DNA from: Podarcis melisellensis
Taxonomy: Eukaryota
Assembly: GCA_964234715.1 (NCBI GenBank)
Contig: OZ174278.1
Reading direction: 5' to 3' (one strand)
DNA: 64,000 bases
The position numbers were made by a program, and so were the translations under genes. Of the stretch, positions 11,441 to 23,599 are shown in pieces. The notes under the pieces were generated by a model. That model saw nothing but the letters and a program-made list of their open reading frames with translations. It was not told the DNA's origin and ran no database searches. How positions within the stretch are numbered: position 1 is the stretch's first letter; each line of letters begins with the position of its first letter.

Positions 11441-14400
11441 CACCTAGGAGCTGTGGATGAATAAGAATAGTTGATTAAAGTGTACAAAATAATATTCTGC
11501 GTAACTGAGATGGTACTGTATCTTTTGTAGGTTTCAGAAACTTGTTCCTTATATCTGTTGGAAGATTTGCTATGTAGGAGCAACTAGGGATTGCAAATCG
11601 CTAGCTACTGAAAATAGTTTTTTAATACATGGCACTGCAATATGTTAAAAGCAAAACTTGTTCAGATAGAAAATGTCAAACGTTCTTCTTTCCCTTAACC
11701 AACAGAGGATGGACCAGTAATCTATAAATGAACTTGAAAGTGATTGCATTTATAAAGAACATTTAAAGAGGGAGGCAGCTTTCTCTAGAGTTCATGGGCT
11801 AAGGACCTGAATATGAAACTTGGATGTCAACCTGGGACCAAACATTGGAAAGCATTTTATAGATGAGGAAAAGACTTCCAGATTCTGATGTCGATCTGAA
11901 GGTCTTTTTTTCTTGGGTTCCTTTGCCATAGCCTTATGATAGCAGTGACTAACCATTCAAGTCAAACAGTCGTGCATTTTTCACTGACAACCTTTGAGGT
12001 CATAGGAGATCAGAAATCTTCTGCAAGTGAACCTACTTGTTAAAAATGTGGGGAAATTTAAAAATGTGATGTTTCTTGTATACACTTGAGTGACTTAGGT
12101 ACCATTACTGCTACCAAGCCTACATGTGTCCCTGACCACATATTCAGTGTGAGCACACAAGCAAACACCTCAGACGTGAAGTTATTCAACAACTTGAGCC
12201 AAAGTCACAGTGTGCCGTGGAGACAGTGCCTTGCACTTTGGCCACAAAGGGGAAATAGCAGTATGTAGATGCACAGAGTCCCTCTTTGGACGAAAGCAGA
12301 GGTTGCATTTGGGTAGAGAGAACAGCAAGATCAGGGGAAACAGCAGAGAAGCTTCAGTGTTGAAGCATTAATAATTACCTGTTACAAAGCCAGGGGAAAG
12401 AGTAATTTCCTGTGATTCACAGTGAGTAGAGAGTTTGGGGTTCTAGATGGATGCCAAGGTTGTTGGGATGATTGACACCCTGGCTCTGAGATAACATGCA
12501 AGCAAGCAGGAAAAAGACTATGATGGGGGACCAAAGACGAAAGGCCTTTGTAGGGTGTGTTGAGTCCCAATTGGTGCAGTACTCAAGCAAGCAATCTGGG
12601 TTCTTCTGGAACCTTCCCAAAACGGCTAAGGGGATATGACACCAGGCTTTAAGATCCTGAAGAAGATAACAAAAATTGAGGAGAGGCAAGGGAACAGGGA
12701 AGAGGAGGCAGGGAAACCAGCAACCCGTTGGAATCTGAACCAATTGAACTGTGTGTCCACTTCGGGACAAGAACTTAAAAGGTTCTGTTTCTTGTGTTTG
12801 CGGGGTTACCTGAATCAAATGGGAAGATTGCAAATCTGGCTGAAAGACTGATATATTTCCAAAACAAGGTGTATTTGCATGAAATGAGAAGAGGCAGGAT
12901 GCTTTTAAGTCCGCTCCCTCCACTCCTCATGGCAGTTAGGGGTAAACTTAGAGGTGTGTGTAAGATTGAATGCCAAGTTTGAAAGTACTGGCTGCAAAAA
13001 TGTTAAACCAAGGTGATGGACCCCTGTCTTAAGAAATGCAGCATGGAGAGTACTTCTTGGAATTGCACTTTAGTTCCCACCTTGGGCTAATGAACAGCCA
13101 AATTGAGCTGCATTGGCTGTGTCCAGCCAGAATGAGGCATTTGTAACCATTCTGGGCCCTTGTTTTCCATGGTAATGAGATGGAGCCTAAGTTGTGTTAG
13201 GGAGGGGAGCTAGTGTACACTTTGTACAATCATTTGTAGAGCAAAGCTGAAGGAGTCAAAAGTGAGGCTGAACACCTTGGTAAAAGATATCTAATGTGCA
13301 TTTTCAGGGTTTGGTAAACGTGCATTTTGCCATTCTTAATTTCATTTATTTTTAAATGGTGCTGGCTATCCTAATGATCGCACAAGCGAACTTATAGAGT
13401 GCTGCCAAAGTAAATTGGATCAATATTCCATTCAAGCCAGGTGTCTCTTGGGACCAATTCTTAATCTTGGAAATACTCATGCGTGCAGTGGGGCAGTGGG
13501 ACTCCCTTAAGATCTCCACTGCATGTGCAACACTAACATAGTATTGTAAGACTTAATGTCCGATATTCATATCCTTGCATTATAAAAAAAGGATGGTAAG
13601 ACTCAGAAATGGATGTTGATGAACATGTGCATATTTTGTCACACTGAGTTATATACACAGAGGTGCACTGGCAGGGGGGTGCACCGCCCCCGGCACCATC
13701 AAGGAGGGGGGTACCATCGCAGCCGCCACCCCTGGACTTGTGCCGTGTGCACCCCCCACCGTGCTGCCCCCGCAGGCAGCAGGCCATGCCCCTGCAGGCG
13801 ACTTGCCACTCCCCCACCTGCTGTCCGCCCCCGGTGCCAGAGCATGCAGTTTTGCCACTGCCCAGGTGCAAGCATGATATTTCCAGAACTGAATGTGTAA
13901 ATTGACCCTTTCAGCAGGCAGATTTGTTGCATCAGAGGGGAGATCCCAAATTCCTAATCTTTCCACAAAAGAGCCCTGTTTTTTTAATATACTTTAGGGT
14001 CCGTCCCCCCCCCCCACTTCCATATGAATAACTGGCAAAATTCACCTGGAATATAAAGAGAAGTTCTGTCTGTGTATATACATGTACTAAAGTTTAATAG
14101 CAAATTTTAAATGTCCAGAACAACAATAATACTTCTGATTTGTGCTTGTGTTGTCATTGTTCATAAGAGGCAACTTTTTCATTTTATTTTTAGGTTCACC
14201 AGCAATAATAATAATAAGAAGAAAAAACTCCTGTTGATCAGCTTTGCTCCACTGTGATGCCAGGAGAAAGGAATAGTTGCATATTAGTTTTCAGTGGGTC
14301 AGAATCTGATTTTGGTCAACACAATTTGGACACTTGACATAAATGTTGAAATCCTGCTATAGTAGTGTCTTAACTTGATTGGCCAGGAGTAGTCAGAATG

Positions 14401-17320
14401 GTGAGAAATTTGAGAAAAACCTCCACGTCTTCTCGTAAGACGTATTTTGTAAACTTGAAGAAGAAAAAAATCAGTGCCAAAATTGCTGCTTCCCATATAT
14501 TCTGTTGCCAGTGGGAATCTTTTAAAGACTTGAGAGCCATTCTATATATTGCACAACGATTGAGATGACAGAGTTCTACACTATATACCACTTCAGACAT
14601 TAGCTGTATTTTTCTTTGTGCCCTTGTATAGTAATAATAATACTCCCTGAAGGGAGCATGTTTGGAGCAGGAGATGGTTTAGTTTCACTTCTTCCTGGTG
14701 ATAGTTTTCTATAGCTGATAGCTGGCTGGGTTTGATGGGAATTGGGAGTCCACAACATCTGGGCTGCCATGTTAGTTCCCTCTGTTGTAATGTGTAGAAT
14801 GGCTCCAGTTTATTGGAGGAGAATTAAGGGCTCTTTCTGACATGGAAATTTCTCCCACAGAGATCTCTCGCCTGTGTAGGAAAACCATAGACACGTTTGT
14901 GTGTGCAGTGGGGATGTACATCTATATTGCCATGTTTGTACGTACATGCAGCTTTCCTACACAGAAGTAATATCCATGCCAGAAAATAATTGCATGTGAA
15001 GCTGCCCTTAGTTACCGTTGATAACAAGAGATATGTCCAAGATGGCAAAGCTTGAAGCGCTCTTGTCATTTTTTGGGGGGTGGGAGTGGGGGGGCACATT
15101 TACAAGATCTTCGGTATACAATAGGTCTTAACTGATGTTTAAAAGATGTAACAGCTCAGTTATTTTTATACGACATGTTAGAAAATAAATTGCAATTCAG
15201 GACTAATGAGCTGATCAAGTTACCTTTCTGCTGAATTAAAATGTAACAATGTGAGAAATGTATAGCAAAATAAGGCCTTAAAGCTAATTCTAATAAAAAA
15301 AGCGAAGATGAAGTCTTTTTTCCCTCATTCTCTCTGTGATCTGATTGCCCAGAATATTATTGGTGTGTCCTTGTGCAATCTTTGTATAGAATCTGGGTGC
15401 ATTGCAAATTCCATGGTAAATATATTTTTTCCCCTTTTGCCGGTGCTTCTTTCTCTAATAAACTCCGTGTATCTTTTGATAGATTCCCATGTAGTGATAG
15501 GCTAAACTTGAATAGATTCTGGTTTCATAAAGTAATTTTGGTGTCTGTTTGATTGTGGTTATTTTCTTCTAGTTTGCAGTTGTTATGTTTGCTCTTATGA
15601 ATTTCTTAGCTTTTTATATACTTATTTATTTATTTGTTTGTTTATTTATCCATCCATCCATCCTATGTTTGGAGTTTTTGTTTTAGGTATTTATTTGGTG
15701 TCCGTTGTTAAAGTGCATGGTCCTTCAGAAGGAAAATGGCATACAACTGACAGTAATGACTGAGGTGCATGATACAAAAAGAACAGTGGTTCAGGTAGGT
15801 CATTGGGCCTTTTGGGCCCACAAATGATATTGGACTACAACTCCCATCATCCACATGCAGCTTAGCTAATGGGAGTTGTAGTCCAATGATATCTTGGCAC
15901 CCAAGATGGAAGAACGCTGATTTAAGTAACATTAAACTCTGGACATAATGGTCTCACAAGGGGGTGGGGGACAGTATTAGGTTATCATGTATATTATTTC
16001 ACTTTTTTTTCACTTGCTTCAAAATATGTTAAGCCCGTTTTGCTGTCTTTGAGGGTCCTCCTGCTCATTCTGCCCTAGTCTCTTGTGGGACTGGGCGATA
16101 TCTGGTTTTCAACATTGTATAGATATGATATATATACATATCACGATGTCTGAAATAAGGGTGGAGCTACTTGGAGGCATTGGCTTGATTCATGGTTTTC
16201 CCCACACTGATTTTTTGCATACCTCACACACATATATCATGATTCACAATATATTTCCAGGTCAAAAATTATGAAACCGCTATCACAATATGGATTTCAA
16301 CAGGATTTTTGATGTTATAGTGATATATCACCCAGCCATAGCCTTTCGCCACAAATTCCTGTCCTGATGGTGCCACTGACTAGGGAAGAGGAAAATAAGC
16401 AAATTTAGGCATTACTCCTTTTTTTGTGGCGTTACATTATGTAATAGCAGGACACAGAACTGGGAGAGGAGGAGCTAATTACGGTAACTCATCTAATGGA
16501 TTTCAAAGTTCTTTTTGCAAGAGCCCCCATTAAATAGTGCATGGTTCTTTAGATACCTTGACAATTTTCATTCTTTTAAACCTATCTCCAGCTTTTAAAA
16601 CTCCTGCCCTGGTACTGGCTGAGCACTGCTTATGGCAGCAATTTCTGGTTCTCGTATGGAAGGCCTAGCAGACTGCCTTCATTGCCTTCTGATGCCTTGC
16701 ATCAAAATATCAAAAGCATGAAAATATAAAAAGCATTTATTGTTGGCATGAAAGACTAGCACAAAAAACAGATTTTCAAAAAGGAAGATGGTGAATTCTG
16801 TTGCCCGTGTGCAACTGTGGTAAATTTCATGTCTTTTTTTCAGTCTATGAGACTGAAAAGTATAGCCAAGTACAACCCTGTTGACTGATTTTAGATCCAG
16901 GCTACACAATAGTGGTTCAGTATTTTTCCCCGTTTAGCAACTTTGCTTTTTGTAGAATGTCCAGGCTTTCAGCATCCTCTGAATAAATTCAGGATTGCTG
17001 ATTCCAAGTACAGTATATGATATCCATTCCCTCCATTGCACTGTTTTGGACGATCACATGAGGGCCCTCTAGTGGCCAAAACATTAATAGTAGACCAGTA
17101 CTGTACTACTGAGCGTCAAAATCCAGTTTGTTTGGTGACAACAAATGCCATTTTAATCCTGTTTTTTTATTTTATTGGATGGTGCCATGCATTAGTCCCA
17201 TAAAGTAAGTTTTTCTCTCAGAGTGCTGCCAGGTTTATGGGGGCAATGGGCAACATGGAATCTTTTAAATCACAGATGGTGTTGCTGGTTACCTCAACTT
17301 TCCATAATTTTTTATTTTAA

Positions 17321-17532
17321 TTTTTACATTTATATCCAACCTTTCCTCCAAGGAACCCAAGGTGGCATACATATTTCTCCTCCCCATTTTATCCTCACAA
17401 CAAACTCGTGAGGTAGGTTGGGCCAAGAGACAGTGACTGGCCTGAGGTCACCCAGTGAACTTCCAAGGTCAAGTGGGGATTTGAACCCTGCTCTGTCAAA
17501 TCTTAGTCCAGCAGTCTAACCACTACACCACT
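17321..17532 (-). mobile_element. tRNA-derived SINE (Squam3-like)
   Basis: Reverse complement starts agtggtgtagtggttagactgctggactaag...gggttcaaatcccc, with a ctgggtgacctc core. Confidence 0.7.
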
Positions 17533-18730
17533 AATGTCATACGAACATCAGCATACTTTACAGGGTTTCTGTAAGAATGCCTGTGGCAATGTATGTGAGG
17601 CGCTGTGAAAATTTAGCAACAGTGAAGACTTAATACAATGATTTTTCTACTAGTATTTTTTCAAGTAGAGGAGCATATTTTAAAATCTCTCAAGCAAAGT
17701 ATCACACTGGTCTGAATGATTCAGGGCACTGCTTAAATTTCAAGGATGTTTAACGATACACTGTTTTTAGTAAACTAAATGTGGATTTCTATCGCCTCAG
17801 CAATAGCAAATATAACACAATATTGGGCAGTGCTCTTGGTGTTGGGTTGAATGACAAAATAATGACTAATTTACACTTTCGTTTTAGCAGCCAAAAAAAC
17901 CTATTTAGTTAACCTCCATTGTTGGCATCCATTTTTGTTTCTCATAGTGGTGTAAGGAGCTTAACAGCTCGAAAACTCATTCCAACAAATCAGCAAGGCT
18001 GTGAAATCTCAAATCTGCCTAGTGCCCGTAGCTCAGTGCCAGCTTGGCCACCTCACTGGGCAATGGCTGAGTGTTGGTTGATTCATCCAAATTAGCTGCC
18101 ATGTCTGTAGGATTTCTTGGACAAGTGAAATGGCTGCTTACGTTCCACCCCTGTGAGTCACATCCAAATTACTGCCTCCTAGATGGGAGAGCTCTGTGTG
18201 TGAGAGATCACGTTTTGGATTTGAAGGAAGTGAAAAGAAAATTCTAAATGACAGGGTCATGCTAAATAAGGCTGCTGCTTTTGCTCAGCTTCTTCCTATG
18301 AGTCATGCTTCAAGAGGGTTCGAAGCAAATAGGCAGTGGAAGCCATGCAGATAAGGGGGGAGGGAATAAATAAAATTAGTTGGCACTCCCTGAACTGAAT
18401 ATTTGAAAGAGAATGCTTTTACAGATACAGGCATTCTTGTCTGGTTGTGTGGGGGCAGAGCAGATGTTCGCATTCCTGGCTCCGTGTCCTTGGCAGATGC
18501 CTTGGTAACACCAGGCTCACCATTTACTTGCACATCGAGCTGTGTGAAAAAACCTGCAAGGTATGAGACAGTTTGTGGGGCAGAGGGTGTTTTAGAAAAG
18601 GTGCTGGCTCACTGTCATAGTGGGTTGGATTTTAATCCTGGACGCTAACTTGCCTCTGTATATTTTAGGCTCAACTCCCCATAATTTCTATCGGATATTT
18701 ATCTGATGATGATGATGAAAGAGGACTATA

Positions 18731-18872
18731 ATAGAATTGTGGAGTTAAAAGGGACTCCGAGGGTCCTCTAATCCAACCCCTCCCCCACATTACAGGAGTA
18801 TGCAAGTGACCCTTATGGGGATTGAACCTTCGCGTTATCAGCACCGCGCTTTAACCGACTGAACTATCCAGA
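18731..18872 (-). mobile_element. tRNA-Ile-headed short retroposon with a CR1 3' tail
   Basis: Reverse complement ggatagttcagtcggttaaagcgcggtgctgataacgcgaaggttcaatcccc (tRNA-Ile-like), then gggttggattagaggaccctcggagtcccttttaactccacaattctat (CR1 tail). Confidence 0.65.
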
Positions 18873-20414
18873 CTGAGATGCAATACTCAATACATCACAC
18901 AGCATTTGCTCCTGAACATGATTCCATCACATATCTGTAGTAATAATCAGGATGATTTTCTTGTTTATAAAATAACAATAATAATAACTTTTTAATTTGT
19001 TTTTTATATCCTGTCCACCTGGCTGGGTTTCCCCAGCCACTCTGAGTGGCTTCCAACAAAATATTAAAAATACAATAAAAACTTCCTTAAAACAGGGCTG
19101 CCTTCAGATGTTTGATTATATCTGTAAGGACAGAATCAGGCATGCAATCTAAGTTAGTGATGGTGAATATAAAACCCAAGGGCTGGCAAGGAGTCAAAAA
19201 GGATAACATCTTGCTTACAGGTCCCAAAACTAAAATGCATTTGGCAGTTGCTTTGCTGCAGGTAATTTTATGATGCCCTTTTTGCTTTCACTGCAAAGGA
19301 TTGTAACTTTTGGTACCTCTTTTCTGATCCTGCGGTCTAGTGCCTATGGAACCGGACATGGATCTTGAAAGCTTGCCTTTAATTACCACCTTGACCATGG
19401 ACTCCCTGTGGAGCCTTGGAAATGTCAGGATTTAGCAAAAATCCTGTGTTAAGTTAATCAACCCAGAGAGCGATCATGGGTATTGTGCTGAGAGTTTGCA
19501 AGGCCCTGTGTTATGCTAATTGATCATTAGGATGGTTATGTGTATTTGGGGCTTTGGTATTCAGGCAATTGGGAGTAAAGTAGGGAGCCAAATCTTGGTG
19601 CATTGGCAGCTGGGGTTTATGGTTAAGCTTTCCATGGAGAGAGATTTCACGGCACTCACATCTCAAGAGGAGCTGTCCTTCATTGGATTCCCAGACATTT
19701 CTGTGCTTATCTTCAACCTCCTTTAGGCTCTCGCCAAGAAATGAGCAGCTCTTAGTTCTCCCCCTTCTTCTCCAACCTCTATAAATTTCAAAAGGACACA
19801 TTTTTCCTGTGTGACATCACACCTCCTGTAACATCCCTCTCCCAACTCTGCTATTTACCCAGACCTCAGGCAGGAGGTCAGTGACTGGCCATTGTCCGTA
19901 ATGACACCTTGACGGCCCTTGTCCCCAGGTGACTTCCTGGTTTAGTCTGCTTGTTAAATCTTAACGTCTGGCATCCTCCCTTCAATACTGCAAATACTAT
20001 CTAAATTCTGCCATTTATTAATTTCTAACATTTCCTAATTCTAGCAGTTACAGGTGGCCTTGCACCCCCAGACTTTTGTTACCCCAGATCTGTAAGAATA
20101 TGCTGAAAGAATAAATTATGTTAAAAGATTTTTGGCTTCCTGGACTCGTCATCTTCAATTATCCAAATTTGAGCTGTTGTTGGGTACAAATTATGATTAC
20201 GCCATCACTCTTGTTCTGTAACCAGCTACAGTAACCTTTTTCAAGATTTACATTCTGAATTGACAAGTCTTTTTTCCAGGTCAACAAAGAAGTGAGAGCT
20301 ATTTTGATCCACCACTAGATGTCCCCAGTAAACAACTCTTAAAACATCTCCAGACCTAGCCAATTCTTTTTACAGTCACATAATAATTTAGTGCTTATGA
20401 GGCAAAATACAGTA

Positions 20415-20655
20415 CAGTGGTACCTCGGGTTAAGTACTTAATTTGTTCCGGAGGTCCATTCTTAACCTGAAGCACCACTTTAACTAATGGGGCCTCCTGC
20501 TGCCACAGCGCCGCTGAAGAATGATTTCTGTTCTCATCCTGAAGCAAAGTTCTTAACCTGAGGTACTATTTCTGGGTTAGCGGAGTCTGTAACCTGAAGC
20601 GTATGTAACCTGAAGCGTATGTAACCTGAAGCGTATGCAACCCGAGGTACCACTG
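20415..20655. mobile_element. Tigger/pogo-like MITE
   Basis: TIRs cagtggtacctcgggtt / aacccgaggtaccactg with TA TSD; internal 16-mer gtaacctgaagcgtat repeated 3 times. Confidence 0.9.
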
Positions 20656-21268
20656 TACGTGATTTAATAGTATATCTTACTACAGGTAACATATGAGCAA
20701 CTACTGTCATTGATAATGATTTGTTATGCACCTTAATAACTGTAACCACGGCAAGTATTTTATTTATAAAAGTACATATGAGGGTGCTTAACTAAAAACA
20801 GCAAGAAGCAATAATTAAAATGACTGGCCAAGCAAAAAAGCTTCAAACAGAGGCATAGGCTCTTCAGCATAAAAAAAAGAAGATTCCTGACAGTGGAAAA
20901 AAAGCAAGGATGTCTGCCAAATCTCTCTTATAAAAGTCTTCCAGACAATACTGGTGCATCTTGGTGTATATAATCAATACTGACTGGTGGTGTAACAGCA
21001 GATGATAGGGAGGGAATTACAGGATCCCTGAAGTCGTCCTAACCCAATTAAAATCAGCCCAGCGGACCATTGTTTCAGTCACTGAGAGCATTACCCATGC
21101 ATAGATATGTAGTACAGTATTAGTCAAAAACTATTATGTTGCTGGACTGCCAATGACTATGGTAACAACCACAAGCACATGAATATGTGCTAAGCTGAAG
21201 CCAATGAAGTTCAACAGTCAAGTTGTTGAGATTCCTGCATGGCCGGGGGTGGGGGGTTGGATTTAGAT

Positions 21269-21371
21269 TAAGGTTACCAGATGTCCCTGGATTTACAAAT
21301 CAGTCCCCATACAAAATCCATTGAAGTTGAAAAGTGACCCCAGATTCATTGAAAAAAATCTGGTAACCTTA
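21269..21371. mobile_element. 103-bp hAT-Tip100-like MITE inserted in a CR1 3' tail (~21228-21410)
   Basis: Perfect 14-bp TIR taaggttaccagat/atctggtaacctta; 8-bp TSD atttagat/acttagat; splits the CR1 motif ttgga-tagatgaccct. Confidence 0.8.
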
Positions 21372-23599
21372 ACTTAGATGACCCTCAGGTTCCTTCCAAC
21401 TCTACAATTCAAGTTAAAGTATATGAAAGCGAGCGAGGCATAAACTATGCTTCTGCTGTTTCACACCATAGCAAAGGCTTAATGTCCATATCACGCCCAG
21501 ATCAATAATGTGGCAAGAAAATTCCTGGGACTGTACCATTTCAGACAGCGGATGGGGAGTGATCACATATATTTCTTGAAATCAAAATATTCCTGTGTAT
21601 GAAAAGTTAGCTTTTCGGCGACAAGACTCCTTGTCCAACTTCCTTGATACGTTAAGTTTTCCATGTGCAAAGGCATTCTTTAAAATGAGGACATACAGTC
21701 CCCCACTCTTAACTCTGTAACTCTTCATTTGTGTGTAAATGAATTGGGATTGAAAGGAATTTCCTGTACTCAGGTTTGTCAGAGCTTTATGCAATTGCAC
21801 ATTTACTCAGTTGTTGTCCCATGGCATTCAGTTTTGCACATTGTTGTTTTGGGTTTACACTTTCGTAAGGGTGTTTATTATTGTAGTTGATGGGTGATTC
21901 AGGCAGTGCTTAAGGGCAGTTATATAGTTATGCTATGGAATTTTATGCCCTGCAGCGCACCAGGAAATGAGGTGGCCGGCACTCATCCTTCACTTCCCCA
22001 ATTCCAATGGAGGCTGGTTCATCCAGGCTCAGTTTGCCCTTAGCCAGCCGCCACCTGCTTATCTCCTTGCTTGCCATCTTCCTCCTACTCCTTAGTCTTG
22101 AGTGTTTGCCCTTCTAGAACTCAACAGGGAGGAAGATGGGAGACAAAATCAGAATTTGTTGGTTCTGCCTGCCATGGGCTCTGGCTTCCCCTATTGTTGG
22201 TCTCCCTGGTGTCCCCTGGGCACCAGCTACCTCTGGAATCAAAGGTCCACTTTTGCTGCTTCAGGAATGGACTGCACTGTATTTATTATCCTATCCCACT
22301 TTTATAACTGGTGAATTGAGGCTCAGATCTCTTTATTAGCAGCAAAGACAGTGGAGCTTGCTTCTGTTAAGGCTACATAAATACACTTGCCTGGGAGTGA
22401 GCAAGTCCTGCTCAATTCAGTGGGGCTTAAAACAGCCGCAGGAGTGTGCTACAAATCTACCGTAATTCATACTAAAGTGCCACCTAATCTCACACTATTA
22501 AGATACTAAAACACAGGTTTCCTGTGTTGTTTTACAGCTCCGAGTGTGCAGATTTGCTTGAGATTTACACAAGAGTCCAAACTGTTCTCCTGTAGAACAA
22601 TTTAATGCAAAATCTACCAGTGCAACTGCAAAGTTAATCCTTTTTCACATTTGACAGAAGCAGGCTATTTAAATGGGCGTGGTGTTGCCTGCAGCTCCTA
22701 GCTTCTGGTTTTTGTCTGCCCCTGTTCCACTACAGCTTCGTTTGCAATATTTGCTCATCCTGCATTACTACGGATGGTGCACTCCAAAAAAACAGCCTTT
22801 GCCAGCCTGAAATCTTCCAGCTGCTTTGGACTATAGCTCCTAGCAGCCCCAAGCAAGCCAACATGGCCCACGCTGGTTGGGGTTGATGGGAATTTCAACA
22901 GAACTTCAGTAACCCCAGGACCATCAGCCCTGCCTCTGGAAACAGAACTTGAAGGTTACCTGTTTTGACCAGGGCTTCACTTGGCCCGTGACTTGGGGCC
23001 TTAAACGTGAGGGAGCAGCTTCAGGTGATCATTTCCCATAAGTTACGGAGGGAGAGAAGCAGCAGCCCAGTAAAACAGGTACCATTTTAGTGTGTCAGGC
23101 AAACGTCAGATCCATTGCAGAGTTCTTGATTTCTAAATAACCGATTCAAACAGATAGCATTTAGCGTGGGTTTTAAAAAAGTGATTCTAGCCATACTGTG
23201 GATAACAAGGGAAGTTATCTGGGTGTGGAGATGAGCTAAGCCTGTCTCACCTGATATGGAAATAGGAACAAGGCTTCGGTTCAAGGTTCCCTTGGTGTAA
23301 GCCCCCACTGGATGCCTCCTTCTGCTCTGACATGCATAGGATTGCACTGTGAGAGGTTCACAGTGGATGATGGATGATGAGACTTTGTCCAGTCATACCT
23401 AGAAGCCGTATGACTTACAACCAGACAGATGAGAGGAGTGGAGGATGGGCTATTATATAAATATACGCGCTTCCCCTCTCTTAACCCTCTTTAGATTTCT
23501 GCTGGCCTCTCCTCGCACGTGAAACTGCGCTGAAAAACACAAACTCGGCCAAAATTACACCCAGCGGTCTGTGAAACTTTACAAAAGGGAGCATCGCAA

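Noticed and set aside
13660-13870. GC-rich patch with a Pro/Cys-rich ORF downstream of CHST10
   Set aside because: No convincing splice sites or domain; most likely a decayed non-autonomous DNA element whose ends I could not define.
15825-15895. Short inverted repeats ggactacaactccc/gggagttgtagtcc, with similar relics near 14730, 22830, 27570, 42340, 49950 and 52170
   Set aside because: A recurrent internal palindrome of a common old lizard hAT-type MITE, not a unique structured RNA.
18810-18872. Functional tRNA-Ile gene, and likewise the tRNA-like heads of the Sauria/Squam SINEs
   Set aside because: Deletion in the variable/T-arm region, no complete acceptor stem, and fusion to a LINE-derived tail indicate SINE heads.
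20589-20640. Regularly repeated 16-mers resembling an array
   Set aside because: Head-to-tail repeats without spacers inside a MITE; not CRISPR-like, and the DNA is eukaryotic.
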